From: an uncultured Planctomycetaceae bacterium
GTDB lineage: Bacteria > Planctomycetota > Planctomycetia > Pirellulales > Pirellulaceae
Assembly (NCBI GenBank): GCA_963754725.1
Contig: CAVWHV010000045.1
Span: 26,117-90,116 of the forward strand
DNA length: 64,000 bases
Reading direction: 5' to 3'
In this document: positions 29,638-39,839 of the stretch, in pieces
Layout of the letters: every line of letters starts with the position of its first letter
Numbering within the stretch: position 1 is the stretch's first letter
The notes under the pieces: generated by a model
The model's input: the letters and a program-made list of their open reading frames with translations, nothing else
Told to the model about the DNA's origin: nothing
Database searches by the model: none
Position numbers and translations under genes: made by a program

Positions 29638-30966
29638 CTAGTTCTGGCTCGGACGAGGAATGAATATTCCATTGTCGGCGACGTCGAACAGCGGCCGGAA
29701 GTAGTCGTTTCCGACCGCCTTGCGGCGGCCCGGATACCACACCATGCTGATCGACACGTTCCAGGCTTCATCCGAGACCGCGACGCGATTGTTGCCGTCT
29801 TGCGGTATCAAGTAGGTGAAACCCGTCTTCAGGGCCCAGTTCTCTGTCATCGGCAGGTCGAAATCGCCTCCCACCAGGCCTCCGCTGTTGCCGGTGACTC
29901 CGGCGAACAACCGCCCGTAGCCGCCCCCGACCGCCTCGAATCGACGGCGGTAGAAGAACGCGATCAAGTCGGTCGCCTCGTATTCCTCAATCAACGTCCG
30001 CTGCTGGTTATTGACCCAGATGGTCGACGCGACGGCGTTGGTCTTCGAACTGGCGGTGAAGAATACGCCCAGTTCATGACACTGCGGAAACAGCCAGCTC
30101 AGCTCGCCACGCAGCTGCGTCAGGCTCAGGTCGTCGTAATACCACTTGTCGCTGAGGATGTCGACAACCAAGCCGCCTTGCAGACCCCAGTCCACGCGAC
30201 GGAACAGGCCGGCCGTGATGAACGACTGGTGGCGCGAATCCTCCGAGAAACTGGCACCCGACAGATTGCTGCTCACACCGCGGTAGCCCAGCTGGATGCC
30301 CACAGGTTGGTTCATCATGCACGGGATCGGGACACCCCAGTTCGCACCGTAGTGAAAACCGAAACTGCCCGTTGCACCGCGATTCAACGGTCCGGTAAAT
30401 CCCTGTGTGCCCGCAAACAACTCGATATTGTCGAGAGCGAAAATCGGACATGGGATCAGGCAGCCGTTGCAGTGGCCACACCCGCCGCAGGCCGGTGTCG
30501 TGGAACCGCAGCAATCGTCTGCCAGGGGTTCTCCAGGAATCTCCGAGGAGTCGAGAATCATCTCGCCCGAATCGTCTCCCGGAAATGGTTCGACAATTAC
30601 CCCTTCTACCTCTTCCGTGGCCTGCACCGAGGCCACCTGAGCGTGTCGCGGCACGAAGCCCCGCACTTCGCCACGGGTCGCGCGACTGCCGTACGAAAAG
30701 GACGCGGGCTGGTGCACCACCGGTTGCGGCACGAGCGCCGCCGGCTTCGACTCGCGTTCCGCGGTACGGACGGCCGCGCGGACCGGCGCCGTTGCGCTGG
30801 CTTGAGCAACTCGCGACGGCGTCTCGAGCGGTTTGGCGTCCGCAGGTCGCAGCGGGTTACTAGGGGTCGTTTGGGCCTGCACGACGTGGGAGCTGGTGAG
30901 GATCCAGCAACCCACGCCGAGGCAAACTGCCATCCCACCAATGTGCCGCCGAAGCAAGACGTTCAT
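29638..30966 (-). CDS. Putative outer-membrane beta-barrel protein with N-terminal Cys cluster (planctomycete-type)
   Basis: Signal peptide from ATG 30966 (MNVLLRRHIGGMAVCLGVGCWILTSSHVVQA). The Cys cluster is DDCCGSTTPACGGCGHCNGCLIPCP. It is followed by alternating beta-strand-like sequence through to the C-terminus. Confidence 0.65.
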   Translation of the reverse strand: MNVLLRRHIGGMAVCLGVGCWILTSSHVVQAQTTPSNPLRPADAKPLETPSRVAQASATAPVRAAVRTAERESKPAALVPQPVVHQPASFSYGSRATRGEVRGFVPRHAQVASVQATEEVEGVIVEPFPGDDSGEMILDSSEIPGEPLADDCCGSTTPACGGCGHCNGCLIPCPIFALDNIELFAGTQGFTGPLNRGATGSFGFHYGANWGVPIPCMMNQPVGIQLGYRGVSSNLSGASFSEDSRHQSFITAGLFRRVDWGLQGGLVVDILSDKWYYDDLSLTQLRGELSWLFPQCHELGVFFTASSKTNAVASTIWVNNQQRTLIEEYEATDLIAFFYRRRFEAVGGGYGRLFAGVTGNSGGLVGGDFDLPMTENWALKTGFTYLIPQDGNNRVAVSDEAWNVSISMVWYPGRRKAVGNDYFRPLFDVADNGIFIPRPSQN

Positions 30967-31284
30967 CAAAGCATCCCTCAAGCGTGGCTCCAAAATGGCA
31001 GGCGGACACCGTGTGGCGCCTTCCGTTAGCGACTTTATCGGATCCCCTATATCCGGAACTTTCGTCAAAACCGGATTAACCCATAGCCTGCGCCCAGACT
31101 TCCCAGTTTGCGCTGGAGCCAAAATCGATCCCCAATTCGACGCGCTGGGGAGTGGCGTGTTCGGTGACCATCAGACGGCCGGCAGCTCGTGAGCGCGTTC
31201 GGCAAATGCTTGTCCCATCAGATGATAGCCGCTACATTGACCGAAGTACCGGAGTGCTTTTTTGGATTTTCTGCAGAACGGACA

Positions 31285-32337
31285 ATGTCCGAGTCGTCCC
31301 GCACAGTCCCGAATCCGTGGGTTTCGCGCACCGTCCACGCAACGCTCGTCGTCAGCCTGCTGGTTGTGATCGGGTTTCAAGTCCACCGGTATTTCTATTC
31401 AGCCTCCGAGGTCAGGCCCCGGTCCGCGCCAGAGGAGCAGCAGAGCAAGAATGTTCGCGAGTGGTTTACCATCGCGGGCCGGGCCTTCGCCCGCGAGCAA
31501 TGGGAAGCTGCCGTGGAGGCCTTAGAGAAGGTCGTCGAACAGGACCCCGAGAACCTGCCGGCATGGGTGCGTTTGGCTTACGCGCATCACATGCTGGGGC
31601 ACTACGATCCGGCACTGGCCGCGTATTTGCGAGTCATCCAGTTTGAAGGCCGGCCGCGGGCCTGGGCACTCTACAACATCGCCGCCGTGTACGCGCTCAA
31701 GGACGAGAAACGTATGGCCCTTGACTACCTGCGAGAGGCTGTCGAGGCGGGCTTTCGACAGCGGGATGGAGAACCACCGGTCGCGGAAGACCGAGACTTC
31801 AAGTCGTTCGCCGACGACCCGGAATTCCTGAGCTTGGCCGAACTGACCAAACCCGTGTCCAAACGCGATGTCTACCACCAACTCGACCTCATGATCGGTA
31901 AGTGGAATCTCACCGGTACGGCCAATAACCGCATCGGCTTTGCGGAATTCACGTCGGCCAGCGGCGGTTGCGCCATCGTCGGGAAATGCGTCGACAACTC
32001 GCGGTCCACGAACTCCACGATACTTCTGTACTACGATCCGACCAACCTGAAATGGCGGCTCGTGTGGCTCGACGATCAGGGCAATGTCACCCATCTGGAG
32101 GGCGGCACCGGGAAAGGTGAATCCCTCGTACTGGATGGCGAACAGGTTACGGCCGACGGCCGCCGTAGTATGGCCCGGACGATCCTGGAAGAACTCGACA
32201 ACGGTTCCTTCCACATCGCGCTCATGACGTCGGCCGACGGCGGCGATCGCTGGACCGACGTGCTCAATGCCAGTCTGTTGCCTCAGGAGACGAAGCGCGC
32301 TCGCAGTGCTGGGCCCGCGCTGCCGTCCCCCGAATAG
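31285..32337 (+). CDS. Membrane-anchored TPR protein with C-terminal DUF1579-like domain
   Basis: TM segment TVHATLVVSLLVVIGF. TPR-like helices (WEAAVEALEKVVEQDPENLPAWVRLAYAHHMLGHYDPALAAYLRV). Beta-rich C-terminal domain (LMIGKWNLTG...). The start is chosen at the internal ATG 31285. Confidence 0.65.
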   Translation: MSESSRTVPNPWVSRTVHATLVVSLLVVIGFQVHRYFYSASEVRPRSAPEEQQSKNVREWFTIAGRAFAREQWEAAVEALEKVVEQDPENLPAWVRLAYAHHMLGHYDPALAAYLRVIQFEGRPRAWALYNIAAVYALKDEKRMALDYLREAVEAGFRQRDGEPPVAEDRDFKSFADDPEFLSLAELTKPVSKRDVYHQLDLMIGKWNLTGTANNRIGFAEFTSASGGCAIVGKCVDNSRSTNSTILLYYDPTNLKWRLVWLDDQGNVTHLEGGTGKGESLVLDGEQVTADGRRSMARTILEELDNGSFHIALMTSADGGDRWTDVLNASLLPQETKRARSAGPALPSPE

Positions 32338-32721
32338 TCATCGACGCCTGGCGGACGCCGGCCCCCCGTTCCATCTATAAATGTCATGGCCATTATGTCT
32401 GTTGGTGACTCGTTCTTTATCTGCACTTGGTGGCGAAACGATTGCCTGCATGGTATGTTCAACCGCGCGGCTCCAGTTCGTCGGCAGCCGTGGCGTCGTC
32501 TTGAGGGCGAGGAGGGGACCGTGACGCGATGGCGCAGCACGGGATCTTTAGCAGTGAGCAGTTAGCTGTCCGTTGCTCTGCCGGAGTGAACGCGGTCCGG
32601 CACCAGGTCGCCTGCGGGACGGCCCTCGGGAGTTGGCAGCAGGGTTCCAGGCCCCCCTGACTGCCGGGAGCTGCGGTGGCGGCCCGGAGGCTTTGAGCGA
32701 TCCTCAACGGAGGGAAATCCA

Positions 32722-33666
32722 ATGCCGGTCGTGCTGATTGTCGATGATTCCGAAGTGGATCGGCGGCTCGTTGGAGGCCTGCTTCCCAAAGACCTCGAAT
32801 GGCTCATCGAGTTTGCGGACAACGGCGTGGAAGCGCTGGAGAAGATGCGGCTTTCGCTGCCGGACGTCGTGATCACCGATATGCTCATGCCGAAAATGGA
32901 CGGGATGGAGCTGGTGAGCAACATTCGAGTGGACTACCCGCACATCCCGGTGATTCTCATCACGAGTCACGGGAACGAAACGCTGGCGGTGGAGGCTTTG
33001 GAGAAGGGGGCGACCAGTTACGTTCCCAAACAGTTGTTGGCCGCCAAGCTGCAGGAAACCGTGGAACAAGTCCTGGCTATGGCCAAGGCGGACCGCAGTT
33101 ACTCGCGACTGATCAGCTGCCTGAAGACGACGCAGTACTCTTTTGAGCTCGACAACGATCCGGCTCTGATCCCGCCTCTGGTCGATCTGCTGCAACAGAT
33201 CCTGGCCGGCATGCGTTGTTGTGATGCGACCGGTCGCATGCATGCGGGGATCGCCTTGGAGGAGGCGCTGCTGAATGCGGTCTTGGCGGGTAATTTGGAA
33301 ATGGAGCGCGACCAGGTGCTGGAAGCCCGCGCTCAGCTGCGACAAGGATACGTTTCGCAGCTGGTCAAAACGCGACGTGCTCAGGGGCCTTACTCGACAC
33401 GCGTGACCCACGTGCAGGCCAGCATTTCGCTCGACAAGGCAGTCTTCGTGATTCGCGACGAGGGCCGCGGTTTCGACGTGACGCGCGTCCCCGACCGGCG
33501 CGATCCGGAGACGTTGGAGCAACTCGGAGGACGCGGCCTCGTGCTGATGACGAACTTCATGGATGAGGTCCGTTTCAATGCCAGCGGTACGGAAGTCACG
33601 ATGGTGATGCGCTGCACGGGCGGAAGCTGCACACAACCGGCCCCCTCGAGCCCCACCGCGTTTTGA
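32722..33666 (+). CDS. Response-regulator receiver domain fused to an HATPase_c-like (RsbW/anti-sigma kinase-like) domain
   Basis: The REC domain has VLIVDDSEVDRRL, phospho-acceptor context DVVITDMLMPKMDG, and SYVPK. The C-terminal part (VFVIRDEGRGFD, GGRGLVLMTNFMDEV) resembles an ATP-binding kinase fold. Confidence 0.8.
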   Translation: MPVVLIVDDSEVDRRLVGGLLPKDLEWLIEFADNGVEALEKMRLSLPDVVITDMLMPKMDGMELVSNIRVDYPHIPVILITSHGNETLAVEALEKGATSYVPKQLLAAKLQETVEQVLAMAKADRSYSRLISCLKTTQYSFELDNDPALIPPLVDLLQQILAGMRCCDATGRMHAGIALEEALLNAVLAGNLEMERDQVLEARAQLRQGYVSQLVKTRRAQGPYSTRVTHVQASISLDKAVFVIRDEGRGFDVTRVPDRRDPETLEQLGGRGLVLMTNFMDEVRFNASGTEVTMVMRCTGGSCTQPAPSSPTAF

Positions 33667-33669
33667 CCG

Positions 33670-34869
33670 ATGATCAGATCCACACGCCGAAAAGACGCTG
33701 GAGATGCCGCACGTCCCGCGCACGGGAATCCGCGGTTGTCGTGGAGACAGCTGCTGGCTGGGCTGCTGCTACTGGCCGCCCCAGGGTTCACACCGACGCG
33801 CGCTCGAGAATCCGGGTATTCGTTGCCCGTCGTACTCGGCCCGCAGGCTCTGCCGGGGAAACTCCTGACGGGACAGATGACGCGCGAAGAGAACCGGATT
33901 GTGCTGCCCAGCGGTTCCTGCCTGCTACTGAGTGAGTACCGCTTCGGCGATTGCGTGCTGGAACTTGATTACCAGGTGCTGGGACCAGAATCAGCGGCGC
34001 CGGTGTTCTACGTGCGTGCGCAGGTCCGAAGTGGGTCGGGAAGGGTTGCTGGTCCGTCGCTGCAGATCGGTCCGGCAGGGCCGTTGCGCGGGCGTGGACG
34101 GCGTGGCTCAGGCCGGGCCACGTGTGGGGACAGTGCCTGGAAGCACGCCCGGATCATCCTGCAGGGCGACTCGGCCAGCGTCTGGGTGGACGAGCGGCGG
34201 ATCGGAACCATGGCTTGCTCAGGAGATCGCAACGGCTTGCTGGCGGTCGGGGTCGCGGGGGACGCGGCGGCGGCGATTGCGTTCTCGAACCTGAGGGTCA
34301 CCGAGACCGGCTTCATGCCGCTGTTTAACGGCACGGACCTCAGCGGCTGGGAGGGCGGAGGGGCCGATGCGGCCTTATGCTGGAAAGTCGATGACGGATT
34401 GCTGCAATGTACGGGTGCCGAAGGTCCCTGGTTGCGCAGCCGGAGTGAGTTCGGCGACTTCGAACTGCGATTGGAGTATCGCGTGCGCGAGGGAGGGAAC
34501 TCAGGCGTCTATGTGCGAGTCCCCGCCGATGGAAATCATCATGGCGCAGGTGCCGGGATCGAGGTCCAAATCCTGGACGACGATTCGCCCAGGTACCGCG
34601 ATCTCCAACCGTACCAGTTCTCGGCAAGCCTGTATGCCATCGCACCTGCGGCACCCCGGTCCGCACGCCCCGCCGGCGCGTGGAATTCGCTGGACATCCG
34701 CTGCCGCGATGATCGCTACACGATTTCGCACAACGGACGGGTTGTTCTGGACGTCTCGTCACGCGATTATCCCGAGCTGGCTCAGCGACTGACCGCAGGA
34801 TTCCTCGGTCTGCAGAACCACAGCGAAACGGTCGCGTTTCGCCATCTTCGCATCCGCGGCCTGCCGTGA
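33670..34869 (+). CDS. DUF1080 (3-keto-disaccharide hydrolase-like) domain protein, secreted
   Basis: Starts 3 nt after the previous stop. It has a signal peptide. The DUF1080 signature reads FMPLFNGTDLSGWEG ... FELRLEYRV.EGGNSGVYVR ... GFLGLQNHSETVAFRHLRI. Confidence 0.8.
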   Translation: MIRSTRRKDAGDAARPAHGNPRLSWRQLLAGLLLLAAPGFTPTRARESGYSLPVVLGPQALPGKLLTGQMTREENRIVLPSGSCLLLSEYRFGDCVLELDYQVLGPESAAPVFYVRAQVRSGSGRVAGPSLQIGPAGPLRGRGRRGSGRATCGDSAWKHARIILQGDSASVWVDERRIGTMACSGDRNGLLAVGVAGDAAAAIAFSNLRVTETGFMPLFNGTDLSGWEGGGADAALCWKVDDGLLQCTGAEGPWLRSRSEFGDFELRLEYRVREGGNSGVYVRVPADGNHHGAGAGIEVQILDDDSPRYRDLQPYQFSASLYAIAPAAPRSARPAGAWNSLDIRCRDDRYTISHNGRVVLDVSSRDYPELAQRLTAGFLGLQNHSETVAFRHLRIRGLP

Positions 34870-35040
34870 TGCCACGACCCCGCGGGACGAACTCGCGTTC
34901 CCGGTTGCTGTCCCACCTTTACAACCCGGCGAGCAGGCCGACAATGAGTGGCCGTTGGCTAAATCCTTGAAACTCCGGCGATGCGACCGGAGTAACCATT
35001 GCGTACCGAAGATCTTCCTATCTGTTTTTGGGAGAAGACC

Positions 35041-37252
35041 ATGTCCCGCTTCATTCAAACCCGGATCCTGTGGCGACTCCTGGTAGTAGCCGTGGCGTTG
35101 GCTGGCCTGTCGTTGGGCACCCCGCAGGCAGGACGCGCCGCCGACCCGCTGAAAGACACCACCTCGCTGCAGTTTGTCCCCGACAACGTAGCGTTCTATG
35201 TCGCCGGCATGCGGTTGCGTGAGGTCTACACCAAAGTGGCCTCCAGCAAAGCGATCGCCAAGCTGAAACAAGTCCCGGCGATCCAGTTCGGTTTGGGCAT
35301 GGCCATGTCGCAGTGGGAGAACCCCCAGAACCCCCAGATTGCTGCACTCAAACAGGCCTTGCAGGACCCGCAGAACCAGCAGCTGGTGGCCATGCTCAAA
35401 GACGCAGTATCGCAGGAAGTGTTCATCTACGGCGGCGACACCTTTGGTGATCTGATTACATTGATCAACGAGTTAAATGCGGCATCCAACGCCGCACAGC
35501 TGGAGGCGTTGGCCAGTGCCAATCCGCAGAACCTGCAGGCCATTCAAATCCGCAAGATGGTGGAAGCGTTGGATCGGGTGGGGGACAAGCTCAAGTTTCC
35601 GACCTTCGTCAAGGGTGCGAAGCTGACCGACACGCAAGTGGCGGTGGCCCAATTGAAACGGCTGGAAAATCTGGCCACGGCGGCATTCGCTCAGCAACCT
35701 CAGCTGCAGAAGAACTTCGCGCGCGAGAAGATCGGCAACAGCGAGTTCCTGACATTGCGGCTCGACGGATCGCTCGTGCCCTGGCCCATGATCACGCAAA
35801 ACGCGCAGGGCATTGATCCCCAGCAGTTGCAGAAGTTGACGCAGAAACTCACGGCACTCAAACTGGTCATCTCGATCGGCGTGCGGGACAACTACCTGAT
35901 CGTGTCGCTGGGGGATGACAACAAGCACCTGGCCCAACTTGGCCAAGGCGCTGCTGTACGACCGCAGCGAGCTGGCGCCGGTTCGCAAGTCCGCGGACAA
36001 GCCGATCACCGAAGTCGTCTATGCCAGTGCCCCGTTCATGCAACAGGTCGGCTCAATTGACGGGTCGATGGATCAAATCAGCGGGATGGTGAAGCAGTTC
36101 CTTCCGATGGCCGGCTTGAGCACTGAACTGAGTCAGGAGATGGCGGCCGACGTGGATAAGTTCGCGTCGTACGTCAAGTCCAACGCGCCCAAGCCCGGCG
36201 CCATATCGGGTTACAACTTCTTGACACCGGAAGGCTACGAGAGTTACGGGTACCAATGGTCGACGACGACGATGTTGGACCCTTCGAAGAAACTGACCGT
36301 TCTCAACCATGTGGGTGGAGATCCGATTGCGTTCTGGGCCGCCCGTGGCAAAGAGAACCCGCAGCAATTCGACAATCTCGCGACGGTTGTCGCCCGGGCC
36401 GGCTACTACGCCGAGAAGATCATGCTCGAAAAGGGCGATCCGCAACAGAAGGATGCCTATGCCAAACTCCGCGAGCAACTCCTTCCTCTGGTGACTCAGC
36501 TCGGCAACGTGACGCGTGAAAAACTGGTCCCGGCCTTTGCCGACGGTCAGAGTGCGCTCGTATTGGACGCCAAGTCCACCAGCGAATCCTGGCACAACGC
36601 CATGCCGCCCGCGGAAGGCGAACTGCCGATGCTGGAATTCGGCATGGTGAATGGAGTCAGTGATGCGGCCCTGGTGAAGGAAGGATTCGCGGCATATTTC
36701 GACATTTTCCAGCAGATGCTCGATAAACTGCACGAGCTGTCGACCGGTGACATGAAAGACATATTCCCGCAGGAAATACCCGCCATCCAACTAGCGCAGC
36801 CGCAGGCCAAGGAAGTTGGCGACGCCACCGTGTACTACTACGCCCTGCCGGCCGAGAGCGGCCTGGATGCTCAATTGGCGCCCAATGCCGGTCTGTCCAG
36901 TAGTGTCATGGTGTCGTCACTGCTCCCGCGTTTCACGGCCCGTTTACTGGCCGACACGCCGTTGCAGGGACAAGGGCCGCTGGCCAACACCGATCGCCCG
37001 CTCGCGTCCGCGGGCCAGCTCGACTTCGCACGATTGCTGCAAGCCCTCGAGCCGTGGATCGATTACGGCCTGCAACTGGGCCTGGGAATGGCCGAGGATC
37101 AACCTGGAGACGGCCCGCTGGGCGGCATCCCGCAGCAAGTCCATGACGTGCTCGACGTGCTCCAGTGTTTCCGCGGCGTATCGAGTGTGACCTATCTCGA
37201 AGGGAACGCGATGGTGACCCACACGCAGTGTCGATTCCAGGACCTGCCGTAG
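35041..37252 (+). pseudogene. Secreted DUF3352-like protein (~735 aa), one frameshift near 35935-35950
   Basis: ATG 35041 with a signal peptide (MSRFIQTRILWRLLVVAVALAGLSLG). ORF 34999..36060 (..GVRDNYLIVSLGDDNKHLA) continues in ORF 35915..37252 (ALLYDRSELAPVRKSADKPITEVVYA...). It is paralogous to the N-terminal half of the gene at 39840..42273. Confidence 0.65.
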
Positions 37253-37272
37253 AGCAAGCGTCCCGCTTGCTC
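37252..37272 (+). terminator. Hairpin overlapping the stop codon of the DUF3352-like gene
   Basis: gagcaagcg-tcc-cgcttgctc, a 9-bp stem. There is no U-tract. Confidence 0.35.
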
Positions 37273-37333
37273 AGGCGCCACGCCACGGCCAGCGCCGGGC
37301 AAGCCCCGCACACGGCTCCGCCGACCATCCCAT

Positions 37334-37359
37334 CCCGTCGCCGCCGTCGCGGCGACGGG
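37334..37359. terminator. GC-rich 10-bp hairpin between convergent genes
   Basis: cccgtcgccg / cggcgacggg with a 6-nt loop; a possible bidirectional terminator. Confidence 0.4.
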
Positions 37360-37414
37360 CGATGTTCCTACGGTTGTAACCGGCGGTCCGTGGCTAAGTG
37401 CGTTATCGTCGGAG

Positions 37415-38566
37415 TTAGAAGCGGCCTTCGCACCGCATGACCAGACCGTCGAAGCTCATGCTGCCGCTGAGCCCGCCATAATTGTTGCTTTGCACGGCGT
37501 CCAGCCACTCGTCGGTTTTCACGGTGTTGTACCAGGCGCTGATCATGTAGCCACCGGTGACCCGCCACGTGCCACAGCGACTCTGCCAGCCGGCTCCGAC
37601 TTCCAGGTCAAGCATCGGAACGATCCGACCGGCTTTCCAGCTCGTATCCACGGGCAACGTGGCACTCTGCTGGATGTAGTCCGCGGTGAAATCGCCGGCG
37701 ACGAAGTTGCCGTAGGTCTTGCCGTAGATCAGCCAGCGACGACTGTTGCTGTAGCGTTCTCCCTCGAGACCTAATCGCAAGCCAGCACCGTAGAAGTCGA
37801 TCTCCGTCTGCACCGACTCGTTGGCGGCGGCGAAGAAGTCGGCGGAGAACGCCTGCCGGAACTGCCCAGCTCGCATGCCGACCAGGAAAGCCACGTTGTG
37901 GTCGTCAGCACAGCTGAGCACACGGCGGTAATCGACGTCGAGGAATTGGAAGTCGATATCGTGACTGGCCTGCGCCGACTGGAAATTCCGACCGTCGGGA
38001 TAGGACACCAGCGAACGCACAACATCCGGCCCGGCAACGGTGAGTTGATTGGTCGTGTCGGTCTCGAATTGCGTGAACTGCATGGTCACGCTGCTATCGC
38101 CGTCCAGCACGTAGCTGAGACCGACGCGGAACCCGGGTCCGTAGTCCTGGTCAACCATACCGATGGGAGCAACTGGAAGCGCATTGTTCGGATTCATCGG
38201 GACGCCGAAGGGGACCTCGGCGTTGCGAGCTCGGAGGTAGAGAAATTCGCCGAACACGGCCACGCAGTGATTCCAGCACTCGCACCCGCCACATTGCCCG
38301 CATCCCGCCTGCCCGCATCCACTGCATCCCGAACCGGGGAGCCCGGGTCCGTCCAGCGGCTCTTGCTGTAGATCATACGGGGCCGGTGCCGCCGGTGCAT
38401 AGGCAGCCGGGTAGCCCATGGGCGCGACGGGCTGGTAACCGCCCGGCATCCCATAGGGTGACATCTGCGGCATCCCATAAGGCGACATCTGCTGGGCACT
38501 CAGCGGCTGCCCGCCGACCAGCAATACGGCTACGACGGTGACGGTTACCAGGCATTGCAATTTCAT
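37415..38566 (-). CDS. Lpg1974-family (Legionella MOMP-like) pore-forming outer-membrane protein
   Basis: Intact 383 aa with signal peptide MKLQCLVTVTVVAVLLVGGQPLSAQ. It carries an MSPYGMP repeat and the Cys cluster GSGCSGCGQAGCGQCGGCECWNHC. The body is beta-barrel-like and ends in a C-terminal F. Confidence 0.75.
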   Translation of the reverse strand: MKLQCLVTVTVVAVLLVGGQPLSAQQMSPYGMPQMSPYGMPGGYQPVAPMGYPAAYAPAAPAPYDLQQEPLDGPGLPGSGCSGCGQAGCGQCGGCECWNHCVAVFGEFLYLRARNAEVPFGVPMNPNNALPVAPIGMVDQDYGPGFRVGLSYVLDGDSSVTMQFTQFETDTTNQLTVAGPDVVRSLVSYPDGRNFQSAQASHDIDFQFLDVDYRRVLSCADDHNVAFLVGMRAGQFRQAFSADFFAAANESVQTEIDFYGAGLRLGLEGERYSNSRRWLIYGKTYGNFVAGDFTADYIQQSATLPVDTSWKAGRIVPMLDLEVGAGWQSRCGTWRVTGGYMISAWYNTVKTDEWLDAVQSNNYGGLSGSMSFDGLVMRCEGRF

Positions 38567-38575
38567 TGAGAATAT

Positions 38576-38583
38576 CCCCCCCC
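38576..38583 (-). repeat. G8 homopolymer 9 nt upstream of the porin start codon
   Basis: The + strand has cccccccc. On the gene strand it reads GGGGGGGGatattctcaATG. Confidence 0.9.
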
Positions 38584-38918
38584 ATGTATTTTGCCCGATA
38601 AATCCAATCGACCGGAAACGGCACTAAATCAAGTTCAACAGGCAAGCGCGCGCAAGGTTTGCGCAGATTGCCAAAGTGAGAATGCCGAGTAGCAAGCGAG
38701 CTAACCGTTGACTGACAAACCGTTTCCATGCGACGACCGCGGCCGGACACGGTCGACCCAGGTGCGGTCGGCCAACGGCAGGCTGACGAAAAGGACGTCC
38801 GCGTGCGATCAACGGGTGGTCCTGGAATACGAGGGCTCCGACATCGACGCCGAACTGCACCGCATCGAGGCGTCCGGGTGGGACTGCCAGCCGCTGCGAT
38901 AACTGCCTGACCGCTCCA

Positions 38919-39796
38919 TCACGAGGGCTGATAGAGCAGCGGGAAGAACTGGCCGCCCATCGGCTGTCCGGCGCTGACGGCCGGCACGCCATTCAGCAAA
39001 GGCTCGTTCGTGGCCGAAGTGACCCCGTCGCGGAAGACGTTGATCACGGCCGCGCGACGCGGTCGCTCGGTGCGGTTCTCAAACGAACCGTGCACCATCA
39101 GCGGATGATGAAACGTGCACTCGCCCTTTCTTCAGTTCGACGGCCACCGGCTGGCGGAACTGTTCCCACTGTTCGTCGGTCAGCACCTTGCGGATCGCGT
39201 CCATGTCGCCGGCCAGCCCGGTGATCTGGCAGCAGGTCCCAGCGGTGGCTGCCGGGCACGTAGTGCACGCAGCCGTTTTCGATCGATGCTGTCGTCCAGC
39301 CCGATCCAGCAGGTCAGATGGGCCATCGGCTCGTGTCCGCGTCCAGTACGAATAGTCCTGATGCCAGGCCACGACGCCGCCGTGCGCGCCGGCTTGCAGA
39401 ACAGCTGATCGTGCCAGAAGCGCACCGCGCCGCCCAGCAGCTGGCTGGCCGGCACCGTGAACGCCGGATTCCACAGCAGATCGTGAAAGCCCGGGCCGAT
39501 TCGCCACGCGCCCAAGGCGTGAAACAGCACCGTGATCGGGATCGGCCGATTCGTTGGTGTGGTACTCGTACCACAGCTCGCTGGCCGGGATGGCCGGGCT
39601 GAAAGAACACGTTCAACTCGGCACGCAGCACTTCCACCTGCTCGTCGGTGAGCACGCGCACACCCGGCAGGTAGCCTGTTTCGTGATAGAACGTGATTTG
39701 CTCAGGCGATAGCCGCCACGCGTCCTCCGCCCCCGGAGCAGGCTGAGGAAACAGACCGCTCGCCGGACGGTGGACTTTCGATAGATCTTCGACCAT
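38919..39796 (-). pseudogene. Phytanoyl-CoA dioxygenase (PhyH) family Fe(II)/2OG oxygenase, at least four frameshifts
   Basis: Fragments 39314..39796, 39180..39530 and 39079..39507 chain. Start is MVEDLSKVHRP. Motifs are [23 protein letters not shown] (HxD) and [15 protein letters not shown]. The stop TGA is at 38919..38921. Confidence 0.65.
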
Positions 39797-39839
39797 GGAT
39801 ACGTGTTCCTGCTGCTGCTATTGGAAAAGGTCAGTAATC

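Noticed and set aside
29398-31029. 543-aa + ORF opposite the beta-barrel gene
   Set aside because: Antisense shadow. It is Arg-rich and has no motifs.
38708-38902. 64-aa + ORF whose tail (QRVVLEYEGSDIDAELHRIEASGWDCQPLR) resembles the C-terminus of a glyoxalase/VOC-fold protein
   Set aside because: Only about 30 residues look protein-like, there is no credible start or N-terminal domain, and it may be a gene remnant. The evidence is too thin to annotate.
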